8,186 bases of DNA from a virus. Taxonomy: Monodnaviria > Loebvirae > Hofneiviricota > Faserviricetes > Tubulavirales > Inoviridae. Location: IMG/VR virus record IMGVR_UViG_2537561932_000001; one strand, 5' to 3'. A program made the translations under genes and the position numbers. Positions 1-8,185 of the stretch are shown here, piece by piece. Each line of letters begins with the position of its first letter. The stretch's first letter is position 1. The notes under the pieces were generated by a model. It ran no database searches. It saw only the letters and a program-made list of their open reading frames with translations, and was not told where the DNA came from.

Positions 1-13
1 CATTATGCGCACT
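1..13 (-). other. dif: Partial dif-like XerC/XerD recombination site, truncated by the window edge
   Basis: Reverse complement of 1..13 is AGTGCGCATAATG, matching 12 of 13 positions of the E. coli dif XerC arm plus the first two central bases (GGTGCGCATAA-TG). The rest of the site would lie upstream of position 1. Confidence 0.5.
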
Positions 14-320
14 GGCGTTGTGGTAGCTGAATTAAGGTGTCCGTGTGGGTACACAAACCCGGGAGTAAAAAAAGAAAACGCCTTATAACCTGGGAAAGTT
101 ATAAAGCGTCCCGGAAAATCCAGAAATGGATACAATGAAATATCCGTCTCAGTCAACGTAATTTACGTCTCAATCAACGTGATATACGGCCTTAACTGAC
201 ATTATGTGTCTACTACCTACTCACCCTCACATAGATGAGCAGCAAGACTATAACAAGTAAACATTACGGCGGATAACACCTGCAGACCTCTTGTTGAAAA
301 TTCCGGCTCAAAAGACGGCC
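11..320. repeat. Tandem direct repeat, copy A (about 310 bp, non-coding)
   Basis: 11..120 aligns with 321..427 at roughly 80 percent identity (ctggcgttgtg..gctgaatt..gtgtgggtacac; gtaaaaaaagaaaacgcc; taacctgggaaagttataa). The 3-prime ends also align (ttgaaaattccggctcaaaagacggcc). The middle is more diverged. No ORF of 60 aa or more. Confidence 0.8.
83..104. other. Conserved hairpin in repeat copy A (7-bp stem, 8-nt loop CTGGGAAA)
   Basis: TTATAAC (83..89) pairs with GTTATAA (98..104). The same loop and stem recur in copy B. Confidence 0.5.
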
Positions 321-388
321 TCTGGCGTTGTGATGGCTGAATTGAGATGTTCGTGTGGGTACACCGGGAAGTAAAAAAGAAAACGCCC

Positions 389-408
389 TATAACCTGGGA
401 AAGTTATA
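389..408. other. Conserved hairpin in repeat copy B (6-bp stem, 8-nt loop CTGGGAAA)
   Basis: TATAAC (389..394) pairs with GTTATA (403..408); loop is 395..402. Conservation across diverged copies suggests a functional structure. Confidence 0.5.
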
Positions 409-503
409 AGGCGCACTGGAAAATCCAGGTAATTATGGGATGTACGCGTCTAAACCAACGTTATGTCCGCCTCAGTATGTGCCAGTCCACTGCCACATAA
501 CAG

Positions 504-531
504 AGTGCGCAAATTGTAACGAGTAAAACAT
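504..531 (+). other. Degenerate dif-like motif with a conserved XerC-arm-like half (candidate attP component)
   Basis: AGTGCGCAAATTGTAACGAGTAAAACAT: the first 7 to 8 bases match the XerC arm of dif (GTGCGCA) and the centre is TGTA-like, but the XerD arm is not conserved. It lies in inverted orientation relative to the site at 1..13. Confidence 0.25.
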
Positions 532-589
532 TATCGCCGATAACACATCAGGACCTCTGTTTGAAAATTCCGGCTCAAAAAGACGGCCT

Positions 590-631
590 GTCAGTCATCA
601 ATTCCATCGAACGGCTTCATCAATGACTGTC
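590..631. other. Imperfect inverted repeat in the intergenic region downstream of the secretin gene
   Basis: CAGTCAT (592..598) pairs with ATGACTG (623..629), with a 24-nt loop. Confidence 0.35.
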
Positions 632-663
632 CGACTCCCGTCTTGCGCCGCTCGTCTCGCTGG

Positions 664-689
664 CTGCCCGCTAAAAGGCGGTCTGGCAG
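664..689. other. GC-rich bulged hairpin in the intergenic region
   Basis: CTGCC (664..668) pairs with GGCAG (685..689); inner CGC (669..671) pairs with GCG (678..680) around loop TAAAAG. Confidence 0.35.
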
Positions 690-811
690 GCGGCGCGTTG
701 CGCTGTTTCCTGCTGCTCTGTCATCTCTCCCCGGTTTCGGCGGGCTGACATCTGCGTCACATGAAACTTCATCATGCCGCCTTACATGTCCTGACGGACA
801 TCATCACACAC

Positions 812-2032
812 TCAGACCCGCCGGGCCTGAAGAACGACGATGATATCGGTTTTCGCACGTTCATCAGAGTCTGAACCAAACACATCCGGCAGAAATGAAA
901 GCCCTGTCCGCGCCTTTGATGTCTTGTTCTCCGCCAGTCCGCCCAGCACAATGATATCACCGTCATTCAGACTCACCGACGTGGACACCTCGCGCTTTAT
1001 CAGCGTTGGCGTGTTATTCACCCCCGTATCCGTTTTTGCAAAGTTACTCAGCTGCTGAACGATATCCAGACCTATCACATCCTGCGTCACGGTGGGTTTT
1101 ACCCGAAAAATAGCCCCGCTGCTGCGGTATTCCACGGACTGCACCGGAACCTTATCCTGCCATGACACTGATGACAGAACCGGCACATCAGACCCCACGC
1201 TGAAAACCGCCTCCTTACCGGAGATAACGCGCAGACGTGGCGAACTGACCACCTGAAAACGGCTGTCGGTCCTGAATAACTCATACATTGCATCAACAGA
1301 CCCCGTGCTGAGGCGAATAAAGTTATCCAGCCCCGATGCGCTGCTCATGGTGATACTGAAACGACCGGATAAAAGCTCTGCGGCCAGCGCCAGACCTGAA
1401 CCGTTACGCTCACTGGTCTGGACCTCAAACACATACCCGGCAACCGAAACCTCCTGTGCCCTGACGTCAATCTGCGGCAGAAGCTGCCGGACAAGCTCAA
1501 CTTCCCGGGCCGTTCCCCGGAACACAAACACATCCCCGGATGCACTGATGAACCGGGTACCACTGCTGACCGCCTGCCATGTCTGCTCACCGTTTGCCCC
1601 CTGAACCGGCTGTTGTGCGGCCGGAAGCTGACCCAGACCGGAAAGCGCCTGATGCAGATACTCCACTGTCCGGTAACGGGGCGTGTAAACAAGGGATTTC
1701 AGCGGCTCCTCTGGTGCGGCAGGTGTATGACTGTAAATATAATCAACGCCCTTTTTACGGCTTATCCTGATATTCATATTACCGAGATAACGGGTAATAA
1801 ATTCCCGTTCATCGATATCCGGTGAAATATGCAGCGTGACGGCCCGCGGGTCATTGACCAGTTCAGGGGCCAGCATGAACGGTGTTTTCAGGACTTCCGT
1901 CCAGAGCAGCGTCACCGCATCAGGCAGGCTCATGCGGTTAATATCCAGTTCCGTCCCGGCTGAAAACGACGGCAGCGGGAATAACAGCGCCATTGCAGGC
2001 AGCACCGGGAGAAGTAATTTTCTGATATTCAT
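812..2032 (-). CDS. gIV: Secretin pIV (outer-membrane export channel for virion extrusion), 406 aa
   Basis: N-terminal signal peptide (MNIRKLLLPVLPAMALLFPLPSFSA). C-terminal region DGDIIVLGGLAENKTSKARTGLSFLPDVFGSDSDERAKTDIIVVLQA aligns by eye with the M13 pIV C-terminus (LLLGGLTDYKNTSQDSGVPFLSKIPLIGLLF..STLYVLVKA). Last gene of the Ff-order operon. RBS AGGGA about 8 nt upstream. Confidence 0.9.
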   Translation of the reverse strand: MNIRKLLLPVLPAMALLFPLPSFSAGTELDINRMSLPDAVTLLWTEVLKTPFMLAPELVNDPRAVTLHISPDIDEREFITRYLGNMNIRISRKKGVDYIYSHTPAAPEEPLKSLVYTPRYRTVEYLHQALSGLGQLPAAQQPVQGANGEQTWQAVSSGTRFISASGDVFVFRGTAREVELVRQLLPQIDVRAQEVSVAGYVFEVQTSERNGSGLALAAELLSGRFSITMSSASGLDNFIRLSTGSVDAMYELFRTDSRFQVVSSPRLRVISGKEAVFSVGSDVPVLSSVSWQDKVPVQSVEYRSSGAIFRVKPTVTQDVIGLDIVQQLSNFAKTDTGVNNTPTLIKREVSTSVSLNDGDIIVLGGLAENKTSKARTGLSFLPDVFGSDSDERAKTDIIVVLQARRV

Positions 2033-2041
2033 ATTCTGTCC

Positions 2042-3298
2042 CTATGGTGTGGTGAGAGAAACGGACATCCCCCCGGCACCGCTGCCGGACGAACGCGACG
2101 GGGAAGGTTCACTGCCTGACCCGCTGTGAAACGTGATGTGTTCGCCATCCAGTTCCAGTACAGTAAGCAGCCCTTCATACGGCAGTTCACTGCGCACAAG
2201 CCGCGTGACGTTGCTGTTACTGCGCAGAATAAAAACCCCCTGCCCGTTACCGTCACGCATATGACCGGAAAGCCGCCAGACACGGGAAAGCGGCAGTTCT
2301 GCCGGAGATGCGACCTGTGGTACAGGCGGCGCTTTTTCAGTGGTGATTACCTGTGGTGGTGCCTGCATGACCGTTGCAGCCGGCTCATCAGGTGTGCCGG
2401 AGAAAAAATCCAGCACAAGACGTCCCCAGAACCAGAAAAACAGGCCACCCACCACAACGGACAACAGTTTTTTACGGCGCGCCTGTTGCTGCTCCTTTCG
2501 TTCCTCTGCCGTGAAGGTCTGCAAATCCCCTTTCTCCTGCCGCTCACGCAGCCGCCGGAACTGCCGGAGGGTTCTGCCGGGCAACAGGGAATACATGGCG
2601 CGCATATCACAGACCCGCTGATGCTCACCCGTTCCGAGCAGTTCCATTCCGTCATCAAATACCATGTTTGTCGGATGGATACCGTAAAAGGACGGCGCAT
2701 AAAAAACGCGGGATTCATTGGGACGGGAATTCGCCCGGGGAACACCGATATAAATTTTTGCCGAAATCAGGTGCGGCAGAAGCCCTTTCCGGCTGCCCGT
2801 ATCGCCAAACTTATCCGGCATGCAGAGTTCCAGAATATCGGACACGACCGGGACACGAATACGATCAAGACGACGGCAGCGGACAATCAGCTCACCCGTG
2901 GATTTAAATATTTTGCTGTCAACGGCGGATTCATCCTGCACCTGAATATAAACATCCCAGCCCAGTTTCCCGGACTGTACAAACCATTTGTAATATTCCA
3001 GGTATTCCCGGCCGGAAGATGTGCCGTTAAGCCATGTTCCGACCTCATCCAGAAATAACGCACCAAACCGCTCCTTCTCATTTTCATCACAACCACGCCC
3101 CAGCGCCCAGAAATCTTCAGGACGAGGACGGGCCGGAAGCACGGTCAACGGATGCGATGAAGCCGGGTCCATTTTTTCAGTATCAAGCGGGTAATTTGCC
3201 GCAATTCTGTGTCCGCGACGGTAAAACTGTTTTGCCACCATGGAGCAGAACAGCCCCTTCCCGTTGCGCATTTTTCCTGTCACCCAGTAAACAGCCAT
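2042..3298 (-). CDS. gI: Zot-like assembly NTPase pI (inner-membrane morphogenesis protein), 418 aa
   Basis: N-terminus MAVYWVTGKMRNGKG matches M13 pI MAVYFVTGKLGSGKT (P-loop). Further matches: LFLDEVGTWLN vs LVLDECGTWFN, KLGWDVYIQVQD vs KLGWDIIFLVQD, IVRCRRLDRIRVP vs VVYCRRLDRITLP. Central hydrophobic segment (VVGGLFFWFWGRLVL). RBS GGGGTG upstream. Confidence 0.92.
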   Translation of the reverse strand: MAVYWVTGKMRNGKGLFCSMVAKQFYRRGHRIAANYPLDTEKMDPASSHPLTVLPARPRPEDFWALGRGCDENEKERFGALFLDEVGTWLNGTSSGREYLEYYKWFVQSGKLGWDVYIQVQDESAVDSKIFKSTGELIVRCRRLDRIRVPVVSDILELCMPDKFGDTGSRKGLLPHLISAKIYIGVPRANSRPNESRVFYAPSFYGIHPTNMVFDDGMELLGTGEHQRVCDMRAMYSLLPGRTLRQFRRLRERQEKGDLQTFTAEERKEQQQARRKKLLSVVVGGLFFWFWGRLVLDFFSGTPDEPAATVMQAPPQVITTEKAPPVPQVASPAELPLSRVWRLSGHMRDGNGQGVFILRSNSNVTRLVRSELPYEGLLTVLELDGEHITFHSGSGSEPSPSRSSGSGAGGMSVSLTTP

Positions 3299-3305
3299 AA
3301 CACCC

Positions 3306-3665
3306 CTACTTCATTAAACCCAGTGTCAGTTTTCCGAGAATGAAAGCCTTCACCCGGAAGGCAAAATACAGCGACCATGCGCCGGTAATAATATTCAGGC
3401 AGACCGGAAGGTTATCCGGAAACAGGCTGGACACGCTGATCCAGACCGGATGCGTGAATACCGGAGAGGTCAGCATCAGGGAAGAAAACTTTTCATTCAC
3501 GAAGGAAATAAAAACGCTGTAAAACCCATACCAGACCCCGACCGTGGTCAGTGCAATCACGGACTTGAGGAGAAAAAAACGCAGGAGGCACCGGAAAATA
3601 AACGGCACCAGAAATATCATCATATCCTTAAAAAAGACGGTCAGTCCCATAAAAACAGCTGGCAT
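3306..3665 (-). CDS. Minor coat protein pVI-like, 119 aa
   Basis: Strongly hydrophobic multi-helix protein starting MP, of pVI size, placed between pIII and pI as in Ff. Its start overlaps the pIII stop (TAAATATG). Confidence 0.7.
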   Translation of the reverse strand: MPAVFMGLTVFFKDMMIFLVPFIFRCLLRFFLLKSVIALTTVGVWYGFYSVFISFVNEKFSSLMLTSPVFTHPVWISVSSLFPDNLPVCLNIITGAWSLYFAFRVKAFILGKLTLGLMK

Positions 3666-3667
3666 AT

Positions 3668-4996
3668 TTACCTACCGGATAATGATTTATCAACCAGGAT
3701 GACTAATGACACTGCGGTGATGACATAAATAAAAAAGCGAATAACCTCCCGCAGATAACCGTCATAAATACGACAGACACCTTCCGTGGAGAGATTAAAG
3801 GGCATTTCCTCACCCCCGAAAGGCCGGAATGAAAAACTTAAATCCAGTGGCACACAGACATCCCTGTTATTGCCGAAGAAGCCCTGAGGAATAATGCCGG
3901 AAAAATTAAGCACAGGCACATAATCTTCAATCAGGGGAATAAGTTCCTGAATCCGGTCCTGTACGCCCTGCTCCACTGAACTTATACCGTTCTCAATAAT
4001 CCCCTGCATAGTGCTGTTAAACTGCGCCTGAGACGAAGAGTAGTTTTTATCCGGCTCTGTCAGTGCGCCAAATTTTTCATCAATGCTGTGTAAATATTTC
4101 ACCTGCCTTTCTGTCATATAATCCATGGTAACAAGGGTTTTATTCTGAAGTTCAATGTAGCTGCTATGAAAACTGTCAATTTTGTCTCCGATGGCAGGCA
4201 GTCCGGCATTCAGCAGATAATATATTTTTCTTCCCCACTCATCAGAAAGACCGTCATCCCCGTTTCCGGTGTTATTATCATTGCCGTCACTCCCGGTATT
4301 TCCACCACCGGAATTATTACCGCCATCGCTGCCGGAATTATTATCTTCACTACCGTTGTTATCTTCCTCATTACCGTTGTCAGGAACAATTTTCCCGTCC
4401 TCAATTTTATAACCCTCCCTTAAATAACAGGTGCTGTTATAAAGGTTCTGCCAGCCGGAACCGTTGGGAGTGCAGGAGTAATATTTTGCGTGAGCGCGCA
4501 ACTCAGATAAAGGCATAGTTTCCCGCGGGGGATAATATCCTGAAAATGAACCACAGATTAACAGCGGATTATTATCACACTCCTGCCTCCTCAGTGTATC
4601 CGCAAGTTCAAGCAAATAGACAGCAGAAACCTGACCGGATACAGCGTTATCATTATCATCACCGGAACTGTTGTCCCCGTTGCCGCCGGAACTGTTATCC
4701 CCGTCACCGCCATCACCATCCGAAGGCTCATAAGCTGCCACAGGGATCCAGTTAGTAGCGGCGACATCACCTGTTTCACTGCCAACAATCACACCTGTCG
4801 CCATATAAATACAGCCATCCACAACAGCATACCATGTATTATCACTGCGAAACGCCCCGGAAAGTGACCCCTGCAGCGCCGGACGGGAAATACAGGCCTC
4901 ATCAGACTCCGTTAAATTAAAAGGCGCAAATGTTCTTGTGAATGACTCAGCAGATGAAAAGAACGGAAGAAATAAAAGCAGAAATAACAGCCGCAT
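3668..4996 (-). CDS. gIII: Adsorption/minor coat protein pIII, 442 aa
   Basis: Signal peptide (MRLLFLLLFLPFFSSA). The N1-like segment CIYMATGVIVGSETGDV..WIPVAAYEP resembles M13 pIII CLWNATGVVVCTGDETQ..WVPIGLAIPE. Two Gly/Ser/Asn/Asp low-complexity linkers. C-terminal hydrophobic anchor (FFIYVITAVSLVILV). RBS GAGG 5 nt upstream. Confidence 0.88.
   Translation of the reverse strand: MRLLFLLLFLPFFSSAESFTRTFAPFNLTESDEACISRPALQGSLSGAFRSDNTWYAVVDGCIYMATGVIVGSETGDVAATNWIPVAAYEPSDGDGGDGDNSSGGNGDNSSGDDNDNAVSGQVSAVYLLELADTLRRQECDNNPLLICGSFSGYYPPRETMPLSELRAHAKYYSCTPNGSGWQNLYNSTCYLREGYKIEDGKIVPDNGNEEDNNGSEDNNSGSDGGNNSGGGNTGSDGNDNNTGNGDDGLSDEWGRKIYYLLNAGLPAIGDKIDSFHSSYIELQNKTLVTMDYMTERQVKYLHSIDEKFGALTEPDKNYSSSQAQFNSTMQGIIENGISSVEQGVQDRIQELIPLIEDYVPVLNFSGIIPQGFFGNNRDVCVPLDLSFSFRPFGGEEMPFNLSTEGVCRIYDGYLREVIRFFIYVITAVSLVILVDKSLSGR
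4662..4709. repeat. Two tandem 24-bp near-identical units inside the first pIII linker
   Basis: CCGGAACTGTTGTCCCCGTTGCCG followed by CCGGAACTGTTATCCCCGTCACCG, encoding the repeated GDNSSG linker. Confidence 0.7.
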
Positions 4997-5010
4997 AATG
5001 ACCTCTGATA

Positions 5011-5030
5011 AAAAAGGGGCGCACGGCCCC
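5011..5030 (-). terminator. Rho-independent terminator between the major coat gene and pIII
   Basis: Minus strand reads GGGGC-CGTGC-GCCCC followed by TTTTT: a 5-bp GC stem (5016..5020 with 5026..5030) and a T-run (5011..5015). The position matches the known strong terminator after gene VIII in Ff phages. Confidence 0.6.
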
Positions 5031-5051
5031 TGTATTATTAATTAAACAGCA

Positions 5052-5327
5052 TCAGGAAGATGCCATTCTGAAGAGGGATTTAACTACGCGGAAACCAATC
5101 ATTAAAGAAACGCCAAAGCCCAGTAAAAGAAATGCTGCGGTACCCACCACGCCCAGCGTTGACAAAATGGAGTTCACCACCGGGTCAATCATATCCTGGT
5201 TGATAACTGCCTGTCCGGGGGTATAACTCACCCCTTCAGCCAGAACAGGACCGGACGCCAGCATCAGGGAAGATGCAATGACCAGAGGTTTTTTTACGAA
5301 CGTAACTGCTTTTTCACGAACAGACAT
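5052..5327 (-). CDS. Major coat protein pVIII precursor, 91 aa (start moved to internal ATG with RBS)
   Basis: ATG at 5327..5325 preceded by GGAG with a 9-nt spacer. Predicted signal peptide MSVREKAVTFVKKPLVIASSLMLASGPVLA with cleavage before EG. Mature protein has an acidic/polar N-terminus, one hydrophobic helix (LGVVGTAAFLLLGFGVSLMIGF) and a basic C-terminus (RVVKSLFR). Sits in the gene VIII position. Confidence 0.75.
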   Translation of the reverse strand: MSVREKAVTFVKKPLVIASSLMLASGPVLAEGVSYTPGQAVINQDMIDPVVNSILSTLGVVGTAAFLLLGFGVSLMIGFRVVKSLFRMASS

Positions 5328-5347
5328 AATATATAACTCCTGTATTA

Positions 5348-5506
5348 TTACAAAAAAGATGAAAAAAGTGTTTTCGTCAGGGAAAACACATACCCGAAGC
5401 CAAAACCGGCAAGCCAGCTGATGGCCCATATACCAAAAAGCGCAACAAGCGGAGGATAAGAACCCACGCCGGATATTGTCACAAGAAAATTTGTCTCAGA
5501 AAGCAT
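5348..5506 (-). CDS. Small hydrophobic protein in the pIX position, 52 aa (absent from the ORF track)
   Basis: Hand-translated: MLSETNFLVTISGVGSYPPLVALFGIWAISWLAGFGFGYVFSLTKTLFSSFL. Its ATG lies 2 nt after the pVII stop (TAATCATG), and its stop is followed by the pVIII RBS. Longer than M13 pIX (32 aa). Confidence 0.5.
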   Translation of the reverse strand: MLSETNFLVTISGVGSYPPLVALFGIWAISWLAGFGFGYVFSLTKTLFSSFL

Positions 5507-5508
5507 GA

Positions 5509-5610
5509 TTAACGCCTTCCCGTAATGACTCCGCCAATAAAAGCCAGTGAAAATATCAGCACTGGCACAGCACCAAAGAGAATAAGAACGAAAAATTCAG
5601 TCGTGAGCAT
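5509..5610 (-). CDS. gVII: Minor coat protein pVII, 33 aa (absent from the ORF track)
   Basis: Hand-translated: MLTTEFFVLILFGAVPVLIFSLAFIGGVITGRR. Same length as M13 pVII (33 aa) with a similar C-terminus (GGVITGRR vs GIIAGGQR). Lies immediately downstream of the ssDNA-binding gene, as in Ff. Confidence 0.65.
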   Translation of the reverse strand: MLTTEFFVLILFGAVPVLIFSLAFIGGVITGRR

Positions 5611-5620
5611 ATTTCAAAAA

Positions 5621-7496
<1,876 letters not shown>

Positions 7497-7709
7497 ATGA
7501 AAAAAGAAACAAAGCGCGGAGACACAACCGTAAGGATTAACGAAAACAGAAAACTGGAGCTAAAACGAAGAGTGCTGGAAATCGGTAATAAAACAGGTGA
7601 GCTACTAAAACCATCAGAGATAGTAAACCACTTAATAGACAACTACTTAGATGATGCGGTGAAAGATCTAATAAGCAAAGAAGAACTTAAGAAAAAAAAG
7701 GCAATGTGA
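7497..7709 (+). CDS. Putative ribbon-helix-helix transcriptional regulator (phage repressor candidate), 70 aa
   Basis: Divergent from the Rep operon, as repressors are in other filamentous phages. RBS GAGG 8 nt before ATG 7497 (the track starts at TTG 7494). The pattern TTVRINE, then NRKLELKRRVLEIG, then a GNKTGE turn, then LLKPSEIVNHLIDNYL is compatible with strand-helix-helix. Lysine-rich tail. Confidence 0.5.
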   Translation: MKKETKRGDTTVRINENRKLELKRRVLEIGNKTGELLKPSEIVNHLIDNYLDDAVKDLISKEELKKKKAM

Positions 7710-7767
7710 TCCCTTTTCCTGCATTCAGCAGACTACCCGCGAAGGATCGAAAGGATACGGTTTAACT

Positions 7768-7785
7768 GGAAACCCTTGAGTTTCC
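7768..7785 (+). other. Small hairpin (6-bp stem GGAAAC/GTTTCC, loop CCTTGA)
   Basis: Inverted repeat read directly from the sequence. Confidence 0.3.
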
Positions 7786-7795
7786 GTTGACTCTA

Positions 7796-7822
7796 CCCCC
7801 GTGTTACAAGACGGGGGTTTTT
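7796..7822 (+). terminator. Rho-independent terminator downstream of the regulator gene
   Basis: CCCCCGT (7796..7802) pairs with ACGGGGG (7811..7817), loop GTTACAAG, followed by TTTTT (7818..7822). Confidence 0.6.
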
Positions 7823-8011
7823 CTCCCGGCCTGTAACACATCGCTCTCTGATGTTAATGCAGGCGCTCCGCTCCTCGCAGGTTGTCGTTGTCGGCGTCCT
7901 CCTCCCGTCGTCCTTCTTCGCCTCCAACCTGCTGCGGTGCGGTACGACTGGATTAAGGGCGATTCAACTTCGTTACATGGACATTTAAAAAACAAAAGCA
8001 TGAGGGGAAGA

Positions 8012-8185
8012 ATGAACAACTGGAGTGAGATCATATTAGACCTGCTGATGAAGCACATAATAGGTGGCGCTGCGATTGGCGTGGCTATCCTGTTGTTTGC
8101 CGGAGTGATTTTTCCTGTTGCGCTGAAGATAAGGAAGCTCACTGGCAGGAAAAAACAGCGAATAAAACAGAAACTCATCAGTTAA
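8012..8185 (+). CDS. Hypothetical small single-pass membrane protein, 57 aa
   Basis: ATG 8012 preceded by GAGGGG with a 6-nt spacer. MNNWSEIILDLLMKHIIGGAAIGVAILLFAGVIFPVALKIRKLTGRKKQRIKQKLIS: one hydrophobic helix and a strongly basic C-terminal tail. The upstream in-frame extension to 7787 lacks an RBS and crosses the terminator hairpin. Confidence 0.5.
   Translation: MNNWSEIILDLLMKHIIGGAAIGVAILLFAGVIFPVALKIRKLTGRKKQRIKQKLIS

Larger units (their letters stand above)
321..588. repeat. Tandem direct repeat, copy B (about 268 bp, non-coding)
   Basis: Second diverged copy of the unit at 11..320, ending with ttgaaaattccggctcaaaaagacggcc at 561..588. Confidence 0.8.

Noticed and set aside
11-588. 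CRISPR array
   Set aside because: Only two copies, each about 300 bp and diverged, with no short regular repeat-spacer periodicity and no cas genes.
643-843. 66-aa plus-strand ORF in the intergenic region
   Set aside because: Arg-rich and overlapping the secretin gene 3-prime end, with no RBS. The region is better explained as structured non-coding DNA.
2126-3058. 310-aa plus-strand ORF
   Set aside because: It lies entirely antisense to the pI gene, whose protein has clear M13 pI similarity. It has no RBS and an Arg/Cys-rich low-complexity translation, so it is a spurious open frame.
7710-8011. tRNA or tmRNA gene as integration target
   Set aside because: No cloverleaf-compatible segments or T-loop (GTTCnAnnC) motif seen. 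The region is better explained as terminator plus leader.
7804-8178. 124-aa minus-strand ORF
   Set aside because: It is antisense to the better-supported 57-aa gene and the leader, with no RBS or promoter context. Likely a chance open frame in GC-rich sequence.
7787-8185. 132-aa plus-strand ORF as the long form of the terminal small protein
   Set aside because: The upstream part crosses the terminator hairpin and the pyrimidine-rich leader, has no RBS, and translates to an Arg/Pro-rich low-complexity sequence. ATG 8012 with a GAGGGG RBS is the credible start.
8012-8185. Hok/Gef, Ldr or TisB type I toxin assignment for the 57-aa membrane protein
   Set aside because: No sequence resemblance to those families as I recall them. 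Only the general architecture (small, one TM helix) is shared, so it is left as hypothetical.
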